Assembly (NCBI GenBank): GCA_951406725.2
Contig: OX597825.1
Span: 6,014,001-6,078,000 of the forward strand
Source of the DNA: Octopus vulgaris
Taxonomy: Eukaryota
Reading direction: 5' to 3'
DNA: 64,000 nt
Shown: positions 12,757-26,843 of the stretch, piece by piece
Layout: each line of letters opens with the position of its first letter
Numbering within the stretch: the first letter of the stretch is position 1
The notes under the pieces: generated by a model
The model's input: only the letters and a program-made list of their open reading frames with translations
Database searches by the model: none
What the model was told of the DNA's origin: nothing
Program-made: the position numbers and the translations under genes

Positions 12757-14145
12757 TTGTGTGTCTGTGTTTGTCCCCCCACAACCCCAATATCGCTTGA
12801 CGTCCGATGCAGGTGCGTTTATGTCACCGTAACTTAGCGGTTCGCCAAAAAGAGAGCAATAGAATAAGTACTAGGCTTACAAAGAATAAGTCGATTTGCT
12901 CGACGAAAAGGTGGTGCTCCAGCATGGCCGCAGTCAAAATGACTGAAACAGATAGAAGAGAGTAAAAGAATAAAGGAACATCGGTGCAAGCCTTGGTATG
13001 TGCTTAACAAGCTCGATTTCTGTGTATGTATGTCTGTGTGCGTGTGCGTGTTTATATGTCTGTGTCTGTATGTGTGCGTGCGTGCGTGCGTGCATATTTG
13101 CGTGTGTGTTTGTATGTGGGGGTCCTTATAATGAAAGGCGACAAATTTATCTTAATTCTTTCACTTAGTCTCAGCAGAAAAGTTTACTTTTTATACATTT
13201 CGTCGGTTTGTCTTCGACAAAATGTTAACAAGAAATACAGACATTGCCCCCCCCTCTCTCTCTACCTCTCTCTCTCAAAGAAAATCTTTGACAACAACTA
13301 CACCGAAAACAAGCAAACAAAATACGAACAACAATGGCAAATGGCATCCGGGACCAGGAAATTTAAGGCAAAAAGAAATTAGTGGAAGTTCACCAGAACT
13401 GGTAAGTTCATCGTGACACCTTCCCTCGTGACTACACGTCTCCTCCCTATACCTTTGTCCTGATCACCTGTCCAGGTTGCTACAGAGATTTAATAATGAG
13501 CAACTGACCCAACACTCCGCTCTCGTACCCCACCTACACCCGCCCTCCACCTCCAGCCATTTTCAGTTTGAAGGAATATTTGATCTTTGTCCTCGCTATT
13601 TCTTGGATCCATACGTTGAACAAGGAGAGGCCATTGTGCTTTACCTGTTTCTGTTAAACTACAGGTGTGCGTGGGAGGAACAAGAGCTCGTTTTGTTCAA
13701 CTGTCTTGATTTTTTCTGGGTTTTTTTTGTTTTTGTTTTTAGGTGTGGTTTTGTAGTAAGAAGCATGTTTCCCAACCATGAGGTCTTGAGATCAGTCCCA
13801 CCGCGCCGCTCCTTCGGCAAGTGTCTTCTACTAAAACCCCGAGCCGAAAATAAAAATTGTGAGCGGATTTGGTTGACGGAAACTAAAAGAAGCCTGTCGT
13901 GCATATGTGTGTGTAAGTGTATGTGTGTATATATATTTATATATACATACATTTTCGCCATGCTAGACCGCTCAAATCTATGTTCTTTTTCAAGCTTTCT
14001 ATCTCTGTTTATTTTTCCTTATTCCTTTCTGTTGAAGAGCGTAGGCTCGAAACGTAAAAGACTTCTTCATTTTCCCGAGCGTCAAACTAATACACTTGCT
14101 TGTTGTTTATACATCTGTCTTCGTCTTTTGTTTTTCTATAAATTT

Positions 14146-14193
<48 letters not shown>

Positions 14194-14961
14194 GTACAGG
14201 ACATCACAACCGAGTGGAAAACACGTGAACATACGAAAGTTAAGTGTACAGGACAAAATACCAAAAAATACACAATAAGAGCAGGTCATCAATCAACGAG
14301 TGAAAAATACGTAAACAGATAACGAGAGACAAGTTGGGGAGAAAATAGCAAAAGAAGTCAAACTCCTCCTCAGTTGTCGACTGTTTATTACTTCCTATTT
14401 CGAGCTTTCAAAAACAAGAAAGGAAGGCATTTTAATACAGCAGCGTCCATGGATTTTTAAAATATAAAATTTGTGGAGAGTTAGGGCTTCGAACGAACAA
14501 ACAGCAACAGAGTAGACGTACAGAGAATAAACAATCGACGAAGACAATCATTGAATGCCTGAGAGAAATTTTGAAAGGATATAAAATAAATAGAAGAGAA
14601 GAAAATAGTAGAAGAGAAAAAATGTCAGGAGGTGAGAGAAATGACGTCCAACTAGATGGACGTCGCGTCCAGAAAAGACAAAGGGGAGAGAAATGGCCTG
14701 TAGTCACGAGTGAGCAAACATGCAGAGATGAAGGAGGACAAGAGAGAGGATGGACGAAAGAAACAAAGGGAATGAGGAGAAAGGAGAAGAAACGAAAGAT
14801 AGTAGGGAGTCGAAGAAAGACGGGGATAGCAAAGAATGAAAAGGAGAAACGGAAAATAAAGCGGATTATAGAGGGAGAGAGAGAAAAAAGGAAAACAGAC
14901 CGTGGAGTCGCAGAAATTATAAATACTTACTGTGGACAAAGCACACACACATACACACACA

Positions 14962-15140
<179 letters not shown>

Positions 15141-15479
15141 TTCGTTAAGTATTTTCTTTAAATTCCTTTTTATTACAGTTGATGAATTGAAAGAACGTGA
15201 AATGAAGTGTTTGCCGGTATTGGAATCGAAACCCCGATCTAGACCACGCACCTTCATAGTATTCCTTTCCAAACACTTTTCATTCGAGTTTGTATTCTAT
15301 TCTTTACAGCTCATTAATAAAGCATTTCCAAGTCTATACATTATCTAATTTTCTTATCACTGCTTCTTAATTAATTTAAAGTTTCCTCTCTTCACTATTT
15401 TCCTTGATTGAATTTTATATCGATTCCCTTGCCGAATTAAAACACCACGTGTTTCCAGTTGTTTTTCATCAGTAAATAT

Positions 15480-16590
15480 CTTGTCTACTCTAGGCACAAG
15501 ACCCGAAATTTGGGGCGAGGGGGGCCAGTAGATTAGATCGACCCAAGTACGCAACTGGTACTTGATTTATCGACCCCAAAAATATGAAAGGTAAAGTCGA
15601 CCTCGGCGGAATTTGAACTCAGAACGTAAAGACAGACGAAATACCGCTAAGCATTTCGCCCGGTGTGCTAAAGTTTCTGCCAGCTCGCCGCCTTATATTC
15701 TTTTCTAATCTAGGCACAAGCCCCGAAATTTTAGGGGAAGGGGCCGGTCGGTTATATCGACCCCAGTACGCAACTGGTACTTAATTTATCGACCCCGAAA
15801 GGATGAAAGGCAAAGTTGACCTCGGCGGAATTCGAACTCAGACGAAATACCTATTTCTTTACTGCCCACAAGGGGATACACACAGAGGGGACAAACAAGG
15901 ACAGACAAACGGATTAAGTCGATGATATCGACCCCAGTACGTAACTGGTACTTATTTAGTCGACCCCGAGAGAATGAAAGGCAAAGCGGTCGCTTGCCAT
16001 CAAGCAGAAGTAATTTCAGAGTCGTTACTACCGTCGTAGTCGTCATCAGCGTCAGCGTCAGCGTTACCGTCATTGTTGTTATTATTGCTGCTGCAGCATG
16101 GTCTTGGTCAGTCAATGATCAACAACTCCTAACTCTGATCAACGACATTCCAGCTGTGACCATCCTATCTCTTATTCAAACAGTATATTTTTTATTTCTT
16201 TATTGCCCACAAGGGGCTAAACATAGAGGGGATAAACAAGGAGAGATAAAGGGATTAAGTCGATTATAAATTAAATACTTAATTTATCGACCCAGAAAGG
16301 ATGAAAGGCAAAGATGACCTCGGCGGAATTTGAACTCAGAACGTAACGGCAGACGAAATACCTATTTCTATACTACCCACAAGGGGCTAAACACAGAGGG
16401 ACAAACAAGGACAAAGGGATTAAGTCGATTATATCAACCCCAGTGCATAACTGGTACTTATTTAATCGACCCCGAAAGGATGAAAGGCAAAGTCGACCTC
16501 GGCGGAATTTGAACTCAGAACGTAATGGCAGGTGAAATACCGCTAAGCATTTCGCCCGGCGTGCTAACGTTTCAGCCAGCTCGCCGCCTT
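15480..16590 (-). mobile_element. cluster of tandem SINE A copies
   Basis: At least five SINE A units in the same orientation, some head-to-tail. Confidence 0.85.
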
Positions 16591-17566
16591 CATAATAATA
16601 ATAATAATAATAATAACAACAACGACGACGACGACGATGATGATATCATTGGAAGCAATATTAGTTTGAATAATGACAGTTATCGCCATTGCATAACGCT
16701 GAAAAATATCAATTTACCTTCATTGAAATATTAACAAGAAGAAACCAATAACGATTGGCATAAATGGTGAATGTTATGTAATATAATAAGTGTGTAAGGA
16801 CGTTGAACTGAGTTCATTCGAGATAGAGGTCGCTTCTTCACAGCACCCTAGAAAATATCTATTAACATCGTTGAAATAATAGTGAAGAAAAGGCGGCGGA
16901 AAAAAAGAACAAAACAAAATGGACGAATATATTGAAAAATAGATTATTTTTCATGGAAGTGATGCATTGGTTTACTTTTTTAACGACATTGGCGTATTTG
17001 TGCTCAGTTTTATACAGAGAGAAATGCCTCTTTTCAATTCAATTTTGAAGCATAAATAATACGGATTATGAAGTGTGCAAACAATACTGTGACAAACCCC
17101 CCACAAAAATAAAAAAATAAATGAAGTAATCTTATAATAATTCTGCTTGTTACTCCGTTACTTAGCCCACCCGTAACGCTTCCACGTGATTAGTTGAAGG
17201 GTGAGGGATTGGAGGAATGGGATGGAGGGAAAGGTTGTGGTGTATGACATGTGTAATTTTTTTTTTTAACTAGGCTTTTTCCTTCCTTGCTTAGCCCGCC
17301 TGTAACGCTTTCACGTGATTAATTGAAGGAAAAGGCGAAGAGTGAAAGAAAAAGGAGAGAGAGCTGTTTGTCATTTGCAACAGAGTTTTAGATTATCCAT
17401 ATACAAGAAATGGTTGATTATTTTGTCGTAACATTTGTAGCCACATCCAGTTCTGTTTAGTATGTCAGTTAAAGGCATCAATGCCAAGCCGAAAAAGAAT
17501 GGAGAGAGCGTGTCTCCCTGATTATTATCTTTATTATCATTATTATTATTATCGTTATTGTTGTTG

Positions 17567-17621
<55 letters not shown>

Positions 17622-17632
17622 CATCATCATCA

Positions 17633-17713
<81 letters not shown>

Positions 17714-17724
17714 TTATTATTATC

Positions 17725-17775
<51 letters not shown>

Positions 17776-18311
17776 GAGTGAGAGAGCAGTTCATGCCATC
17801 AAAGTGACACTGGGGTAAAATATACGAAGCCCAATATACCCATCATGACTACACGTCTGATAAGGGTACACCATATGTGCACGACATGGTGATCTCATAT
17901 CAAGATAAACAGCACATGACCTTGCAGGTGGGGCCCAGTTAGAATTTTCTTCAGGTTGAGTAGCCCATTCCGCTCAAAAGGTCCTTGAATAAGGGTTGTT
18001 TAAGGATGTTGAATGAAACACCCATGTTTCCAGAGGTGAATTATTCAAACTCCAAAGAATCCCTCTCAACACATGGCTATGATGCTCCCCCGCTACTTCT
18101 GCTCGTGATCAGATATGCACATATCGTCAGCCACTAAGGGACATACTCAACTGGTTATGGTCAAACAACTGACAAGCAAATCTGTGGTATTGAGCAGAAT
18201 ATTTGCTGTAGCCCATCTTTTATACCAAGACAAAACAATGTACATGATAACACTTCCAATCAGTTAAGATCAGAAGCCATGAGAGCCACTGCCTGGTACT
18301 GCATCAGGGCA

Positions 18312-18312
<1 letters not shown>
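17776..18312. mobile_element. probable interspersed element embedded in (TTA)n
   Basis: About 540 bp of complex sequence bounded sharply by long TTA tracts, the same layout as the Dong-like inserts. No ORF. Confidence 0.4.
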
Positions 18313-18382
<70 letters not shown>

Positions 18383-18657
18383 TTGCTGAACTGTTTAGTT
18401 GTGAGAACGTTGACAAACAAAAACCCCGGTTGTCACGTGGTGTAACTTGAAGACCAATAATAAGCGGCAAGCAGAAACGCACAAGCGCACGCACACACAC
18501 ATGCATACATACATACATACATGTGTGTGGATAAATACATACACACACACGCGCGCACATATACGTATATACGTACATGTTCATGCATACACACATGCAC
18601 ACGCACAAACACATACATACATACACACACATACATAAATACGTACATGTGCATGTG

Positions 18658-18693
<36 letters not shown>

Positions 18694-19254
18694 ATGGTCT
18701 TCTGCAGTTTCCTTCAACCTCACAAGGCATTGGTCGGTCCGGTTCTATAGAAGAGGGTACTTCCCCAAAGTGGACTTGAACCCAAAGCCATATGATTTCA
18801 AAGAAAGCTTCTTCACCTTTCAACCATTAGGAGGAAACAAATCAATAGAATTTTATTCTTAGTTTGCCCAGTTCTATTCTCAAAGAAGATTGCCCAAAGT
18901 ACCAGGTAGCAGAACCGAACGCAAAGTCACATTGTTTAAAAGCAGATTTCTTAACTCCAACAGCCATTGGCGAAAAATTAACAGAATTTTATTCTTGAGA
19001 CATGGAAGGCAGCGAGCTTGGAAAATTGTTAGAGCGTCGAACAAAACGCCGCTGAGAAAGCAAGCCATTACATGTGCCTTAAGAGAGAGGATGAGTGGTG
19101 CAACAAAAACGAGCATTGAAAATGGTAGAAACATCCGGCCCAGGGTCGCAACATCTTACTCAACAAAGCTGGCGGTGTGTTTGGGGTTTTGTCACCTACA
19201 TTGGCAGGTGGCACTGAGAAGCTCTTGTTGTCGCGGTGGAAGGAGATCGTTCAA

Positions 19255-19425
19255 ATAACCTAGCGGTTCGTCACGGGGAGCGATAAAATAATCTAGCGGT
19301 TCGCAAAATCGGATCGATTAAAAAACTTAGCAGTTCGCCAAAGGAGATCGATAAGAAAACCTAGCGGTTCGCCAACGGACATCGATAAAATAACTTAGCA
19401 TTTCGCCAAAGGAGATTGATAAAAT
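19255..19425 (+). repeat. ~34-bp minisatellite (about 5 units) derived from SINE B body
   Basis: Unit cgataaaataacttagcggttcgccaaaggagat. Compare SINE B taacttagcggttcgccaaaa at 12830-12850. Confidence 0.85.
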
Positions 19426-20471
19426 ACAGAACTGCTTCACCACCCGGTGAGAGACCCGACTCCTGCATTTGGAGAATGGGTTACAGCAGCATCCTCGACG
19501 TTTGGGTATTTACCCTAAAATGTTATGTCGAGGTCTACTTTGCCTTTCATCCTTTCGGGGGTCGATAAAACAAGTCCCGGCCGAACACGGCTTATCTACT
19601 CTTCCCCAATTCCCTGAAATTGCCCGTCTTGTGCCGAAACTTGAAACAATCCTTAGGGTGATGACACTAACAATTTTTCTTTTTTTTTTTTCCCCCTTTT
19701 CATAAGGGACAGCTACCGAGCTGCTAAATTTGAATGATTTTTTTTCCATTGTAATGTTTTCGTATTTCCTGTCAAATGCTGTTTAGAAATATTTGACAGA
19801 TCTCTCGACACCATGACATCTGTCTACTTGTTTAAGTTGATCTCAACTACGTGACAAGCAAACTTCTGCATTTGGGCAAGGACCTACTGTGGAATTACGC
19901 TTACACATAACAACGGAAAGCTACAGACAAGGGCAGAAAACAGAAATAAATAAATATATAAATAAATAAGGATGGAAGTTGGCTGACTAAGACAAGCTAT
20001 CATGTGTAATGTCTATAACACGCGTTCAACGGCTCGCATCGTGTTCAAGTGACCATATCTGCATCAGGCCACGTCAATTGCTCGCGAATAATAACAGCGA
20101 TCGTGTACAGGAAGCGGCGTCATGCTCGGCACGTGTTCTCAGTGTGTATAGCAAGAAATGGCAACGGGTCTCTGATCTTTTGACATAGCGTGATTGCGTG
20201 TATAATTATAGTCTCTTTGAATTGGCATATGGTTAGACATTTTATGAGTATAGGCAACGGTGGGTGGGGGTGGAAAGGTTACAGTTGAGTGAACCCGAAC
20301 CAATATAATATGGTGGGTAGATGATACGTTTTTCGAAGCAAAATAAACCCTGATACGATCAGAACAAAAAAAATATAGAGAAATGAAACTAAATACACGC
20401 ATAACTCAACTTACGTCGTTTCGAGTTACGTCTTTTCAATTGCATATTACTGTTTTGTTATTCTTCATTTT

Positions 20472-20785
20472 ATTTTACCGATGTTCTCTGGCGAACCACT
20501 AAGTTATTTTATCGATCTAGTTTGGCGAACCGCTAAGTTATTTTATCGATCTCGTTTGTCGAACCACTAGGTTATTCTATCGACCTCCTTTGGCGAACTG
20601 CTACGTTATTTTACCGATCTTCTTTGGCGAAACGCTAAGTAATTTTATCGATCTCGTTTGGCGAACCGCTAAGTTATTTTATCGATCTAGTTTGTTAAAC
20701 CACTAGGTTATTCTATCGATCTTCTTTGGCGAACCGCTAAGTTATTTTATCGATCTTCTTTGGTGAACCGCTAAGTTATTTTATC
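20472..20785 (-). repeat. ~34-bp minisatellite (about 9 units), inverted relative to 19255-19425
   Basis: Unit tttggcgaaccgctaagttattttatcgatct is the reverse complement of the left array. Confidence 0.85.
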
Positions 20786-21264
20786 ATTTTATCATTAATG
20801 GATTTATCCGACTTTATGTCGGTTTCAACGAACATATTTAAAAGAAAAGATTTTTAAAACACGCCTAAAAAATCGAATAAAATATGTGTGGAAATATGCA
20901 CAAGCCAGTAATTAAAAGAAGCTGTTTGTGAAATGTCACGTGTCTTGAATGGTACAACAATGCGGAGTAGACTATAATAACTGTTATAATTTAATTATTC
21001 ATAGTCTGATATAATATTTCGGAATATAAAATTCCTTCTTCAGACATCGCTAGGAATTGATCGAGTCACTGCTATGATCGGTTTTCCAACGGTTACTGAC
21101 TTCTTTTTTTTTTTCCGGAAGTGTCTCTGCAGTAGTCTCACGAAGCTCCTTCTGGAATTCCTCATGAGAAGTGCGTGAGGGCGGCCATGTCTCAATCTCG
21201 TGTGTATTGGTACATCCGTAGCGCTGCTTCTAAGATATGTACGCGCAGTTTCTTTTTATATATG

Positions 21265-21447
<183 letters not shown>

Positions 21448-21477
21448 GATTTTGATTTTGATTTTTGATTTTTCCAG

Positions 21478-21765
21478 TTTCAGCTAATGAGCTGTGGCCA
21501 TGCTGGGGCACCGCCATTTGGTTTGCTACACGATTTTACCTCACGGATGCTTTTTAGCAAACGCCATCTGATGCATGAGAGAGTTCGATGCAGCTGCCCT
21601 CATCTGCACCTCCTGCCGTGAAGTTGGTTCATCCGGGACACCTGACAGGAAGACATCCAGTCCTACTTTAAAGACATCCGCATCTACACCATGCAGGTCC
21701 CTCAGGTTCTTCGGGAGGATATTGAAGAGCTGTGGGCCTCTGAAGCCCAGGCTATCACAATATCT

Positions 21766-21770
<5 letters not shown>
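21478..21770 (-). mobile_element. 3' fragment of a CR1/L2-group LINE within (TA)n
   Basis: Minus-strand translation SLGFRGPQLFNILPKNLRDL..DVFKVGLDVFLSGVPDEP is a typical CR1-group ORF2 C-terminus. Confidence 0.7.
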
Positions 21771-21828
<58 letters not shown>

Positions 21829-22779
21829 AGCATGTTATCAGAAATGAACTTACACGCATTCAGATGGGGCTAAATAATATATTGATTGCTAAACCCCAGC
21901 CTGTTGTTAATTTGGGGCCCCAGTTTGTCCATGAGGATAGCTTCCTTAATTCTTAGGTTTCCCAAATTTCTGTCAGAGGCCTCAGTTTTTTGTTGCTGTT
22001 CCGGCATCTGTCTATTGTTTGTTTATGTTTTTATTCTTTTTTTTTTCGTATGACGTTGTTTTTCGAGTTCAATCGTATGTCATGGAACCAAATACCGACG
22101 TAAGTTGAAGTATACCTGTACTTATTATATACAATTCGTGATGTTGTGAGTTCGATTCCCGAACAGGGCTGTGTGTTGTGCTCTTGAACAAAACACTTTG
22201 TTTCACGTCTCTGTAAAAAAATGAATTGCGATGGCACTGGTGCCAAGCTGTTTCGGCCTTTGCCTTGGACCACATCGGTGCCGCGGAACGGGGGAAAACT
22301 GGTCTGCATGGGTGACTGCTGGTCTTCCATAAGCAACCTTGTCCGAACTTGCGTCACGGAAGGGAACTTTCTCGGTACAATCTCATGGGTTTTTGTGATC
22401 GAAAGGGTTGGGGGTCTCTTCTGGCAGAGTATATATTTTTTCGGCTTTAAAGAGACGACGTGTGGTAGCAAGATAGACCCTAGCACGATTCGAACGTAGA
22501 ACACAGAAGAATGAAATTAAATACTTATTAGACTTTTAATCCGCCGTTTAATCCGGGTGTTTGTACCACTCCAACGCTCTGGGGGTTTTGTATAATAAAA
22601 CTGACTTTCTATTCAGCAACAGATTATGTATGGAGTAAAGTAACCTATATACATACTCTGTATATATTAATCGACCTTGAACATCATATTAGCATCATAT
22701 TACTAAAACATAGTGCAATAATGGAAATTAAAAGGTCACGGTGACCAAAGTGGATCGGGGTGGGATCGATCTTCAGACT

Positions 22780-22836
<57 letters not shown>

Positions 22837-24474
22837 CTGGTGATAGTGGTGGTGGTGTTAAAGATGGTAGAGGTGACCGTGGTGGCAGGGATCGTGGTGA
22901 TGATAGTGTGTCGGAGAGGGGGTTACAGTAGTGATAGTGGTAGTTATGATGATGAGGTTGGGTGATGGTGGTGGTGGTGGTGGTGGAATCTCCAATCATT
23001 TTTTTTTCTACTCTAGGCACAAGGCCCGAAATCTTTGGGGCGATAACCAGTCGATTAGATCGACCCATTACGCAACTGGTACTTAATTTATCGACCCCGA
23101 AAGGATGAAAGACAAAGTCGACCTCGACGAAATTTGAACGCAGAACGCAGTGGCAAACGAAATACCTATTTCTTTACTACCCCAAGGGGCTAAACACAAA
23201 GGGGACAAGCAAGGACAGACAAACGGATTAAGTCGATATTTCGACCCCAGTGCGTAACTGGTTCTTATCTAATCGACCCCAAAAGGATGAAAGGTAAAGT
23301 CGACCTCGGCGGAATTTGAACTCAGAACGTAACGGCAGACGAAATACCGCTAAGCATTATCGCCCTGCGTGCTAACGTTTCTGCCAGCTCGACGCCTTGA
23401 ATCTCCAACCATTTTCACTACGCTACAATGCAAGTTGATAGTATTATTGGTCAATCAACTGGAGCCTTCATCATGACAACAACAACAACAACAACAAAAA
23501 ACGAAGGATCCATTTACTCCCACCATACTTTTGTGGTTAGTTTTATCTTTTATTGGCGCAGAGTGATCGAATGGTTCAGAAGAACGCATCAGAAACGTGA
23601 GATGTCGGGTTCGGTGCGACAGCCTGACATCTTGGCCAAATGATATTTTGCTTTTATTCAGATGAAAACTGTATAGAAGTTCAAAACTCAGCACTGTCCA
23701 TCAATATAGCCCCTAATATCTTTGCAATGGGTTTAAATTGACGACCCAACGGAACTTAATCCGTTGTTCTTTCAATGGATTTTTATTTACGACTCATCGG
23801 TGTGCAGTCGCAGTATCAGAGAATGTTTAGTGACAAATCTCGTCTAAGCATGAAGCTCTCTGTGAGTTCACACCATCGACAAGGAGGCCCAAATGCATCA
23901 AGCATTCTGACTAGTTACTGCCGGGACGATTTTCGTTTCCTCCTGATATATCATCGTGTTCTTAAACACTGCACGTCCATGAGATGATGTCAGGTCAGAG
24001 ATCCTATCACAGGCTGATGAAACTTTTTACTGGTACCATGTAAACCAGCACTACATGGATGGTCGGCGACTAAACCGGTTCCCCTACTCAAGTAGCTAGC
24101 TACTCTAGACACTCAGAAGGACCAGAACAAGACCTATCAAAGAGTGGAGACCCCCTTCGGTCATGAATGACCATGGGATTGCACCTAGAAAGTTAACCTC
24201 CAACATACAAATCTGGGCAAGGTTGTTTATGGAAGACCAGCAGTCGCCCATACATACCTGCCTCCTCTCTCTATGCCACTGATGTATTTCCAAGGGAGAA
24301 GGCAAAGGGGCTGATACAGCTTGGCACCAGTGACATCGCAACTCATTTCTACAGCTGAGTGAACTGGAGCAACGTGAAATAAAGTGTCATGCTCAAGAAC
24401 ACAACACGCAATCCGGTCCGGGAATCGAACTCACAACCTCACGATCGTAAGCTCGACGCACTGTGCCATGCGCC

Positions 24475-24538
<64 letters not shown>

Positions 24539-24587
24539 TAGATAGATAGATAGATAAGAAAGTTGGTTTGTGAAAGCACGTGGGTGA

Positions 24588-25357
24588 ATATATAGAAAAT
24601 AGTAAAGAGTGAAAAAACTACAGAAGGCTTAAATGTTAAAAAATATATATATTTGCGTCAATATGTCTGAAGAATATTACAAAATAGGTTGGAGAGTAGA
24701 TACAAGTGGGTCGTGAATTTCTATCCATTTTCATTGACATTCAGCTTCATTTGGTTTTGCTCTCTTCTACTTTTCAATCATTGGACTACGGCCATGCAGG
24801 TGCACCGCTTTGAAGTATTTTTTTGTTTTAGTCGAAGGGTATCATAGTCGAATAGATCAGGTTGGTATCAGTACTTATTATTTTTTTTTTAAAGTCTTGG
24901 ACTTATTTCATCAGGGTCTCTTTTGCCGATGCCGCTAAGTTACGAGGAGATAAACAAACCAGCACCAGTTGTCAAGCAGTAGGGTGGGGACAAACATAGA
25001 GACACAAAAAGAAATGCACGCACACACACATACAAACACGCACACATATGCGTACACATACGCACATATGTACATACATACATACATCGATAAGGAGTCA
25101 AAATCATGATGATGTTTGGCTGACAACTGATGATGGACGAACATATTCACGTCCTTTGTTTTTTGCTGTTTTCCGAAAGTTCGTCCGTTGTCTTTTCGTG
25201 TAGCATTTTAATATATAATATAATATAATATAATATAATATAATATAATATAATATAAATATAATATAATATAATATAATATAATATAATATAATATAAT
25301 ATAATATAATATAATATAAATATAATATAATATAATATAATATAATATAATATAATA

Positions 25358-25400
<43 letters not shown>

Positions 25401-25594
25401 ATCCAAACGTGAAAACACAACAATGTGAGGACGTGGAACAAGTATAGTGTTATTGGATGCTCAGGAAAGGAAAGAAAGAAGGAGGATTTAACGTTTTGAG
25501 CGGAGCTCTTCGTCAGAAACATAGGAAAAAGTAAGATCCAAGGAAGGGAAGACGGAGGGAAAAAATCGCCAACGATACACACGCGGTCACATTT

Positions 25595-25638
<44 letters not shown>

Positions 25639-26141
25639 AATAGTAAAGAGTGAAAAAACTACAGAAGGCTTAAATGTTAAAAAATATATATATTTGCGTC
25701 AATATGTCTGAAGAATATTACAAAATTAAAAAAAAATTTTTTTCTCTTATAATGACATAATTTAAAAGAAAGACCGGTTTCGCGTGTAGCTTTTCAAATT
25801 TCTTGTGACGTTATGTTTATGTTGAATAGAGTTTTCGTTATGTTTATGTTCAGGAGAGTTCTAAATAAGGGAAGGTAGTGAGTGATTTCTTCCGGTGTAA
25901 GGGAGATAATCGCTTAAAATTTTTTTCCTTTCCCTTGGTGTGAATTTCTCTGTATCAGTATGTTCGGATGGTTGAGTCTGGGCTTGTACTTTTCAATGAA
26001 GAATGTTTCCTTGTTTAGTCTAATTTGTGTTGATGATCCGAAAGCACATTGGTAAAATGGAAAGATTAAAAATTGTGGTAGTAGTTGCTTTGCGCATTTC
26101 TCAATGTGCTCACTAAAAGGTAACATTCTATATTCTGGGAA
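24588..26141 (-). mobile_element. Penelope-like element remnant with direct terminal repeat
   Basis: ORF 25914-26126 (SEHIEKC..RLNKETFFIEKYKPRLN) resembles a GIY-YIG C-terminus. There is a ~97-bp direct repeat (24588-24684 and 25629-25726) and gaaaccggtc on the minus strand at about 25772-25781. Confidence 0.7.
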
Positions 26142-26480
26142 TGTGTGCGTGCATTTCTTTTTGTGTCTCTATGTTTGTCCCCACCCTACTGCTTGACAAC
26201 TGGTGCTGGTTTGTTTATCTCCTCGTAACTTAGCGGCATCGGCAAAAGAGACCCTGATGAAATAAGTCCAAGACTTTAAAAAAAAAATAATAAGTACTGA
26301 TACCAACCTGATCTATTCGACTATGATACCCTTCGACTAAAACAAAAAATACTTCAAAGCGGTGCACCTGCATGGCCGTAGTCCAATGATTGAAAAGTAG
26401 AAGAGAGCAAAACCAAATGAAGCTGAATGTCAATGAAAATGGATAGAAATTCACGACCCACTTGTATCTACTCTCCAACC
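24687..26480. repeat. ~340-bp near-perfect inverted duplication (24687-25025 and 26142-26480)
   Basis: ttggagagtagatacaagtgggtcgtg...gaaatgcacgcacac reappears as its reverse complement. No mismatch was spotted by eye. Confidence 0.92.
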
Positions 26481-26808
26481 TCACTAACAAGTCAGCTATT
26501 TGTATTTTATCCAGTTTAATACTAATCCAAATCAATTTGACTTAATCCACCTCTGTCTGGAAACGATTCCCAATAATAATTTGAAAGCCTCGTCTCCTAC
26601 TTTGTTTGTTTCTTTCTTTCTTTGTTTATAAGTTTTAATGAGAAATTGACGCCACCACTACTACTACGATCATCATCATCATCACCATTATCCTCATCAA
26701 CATCATCACCATCATCATCATCATTAGCCCACTCCATTTATATTGTATTGTCCCGTACCGTACCGCCCCCGATCCTTTTATATGAACCCTCACTGGCACA
26801 TAAATGAA

Positions 26809-26843
<35 letters not shown>

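Noticed and set aside
18880-19258. 122-aa non-repetitive ORF
   Set aside because: Non-ATG start, no recognisable domain and no convincing splice sites.
20472-20785. Regular ~34-bp repeats resembling a CRISPR array
   Set aside because: No unique spacers, no cas genes, eukaryotic context, and the unit derives from a SINE.
23775-23987. 70-aa ORF in complex sequence
   Set aside because: No recognisable homology and no clear exon boundaries.
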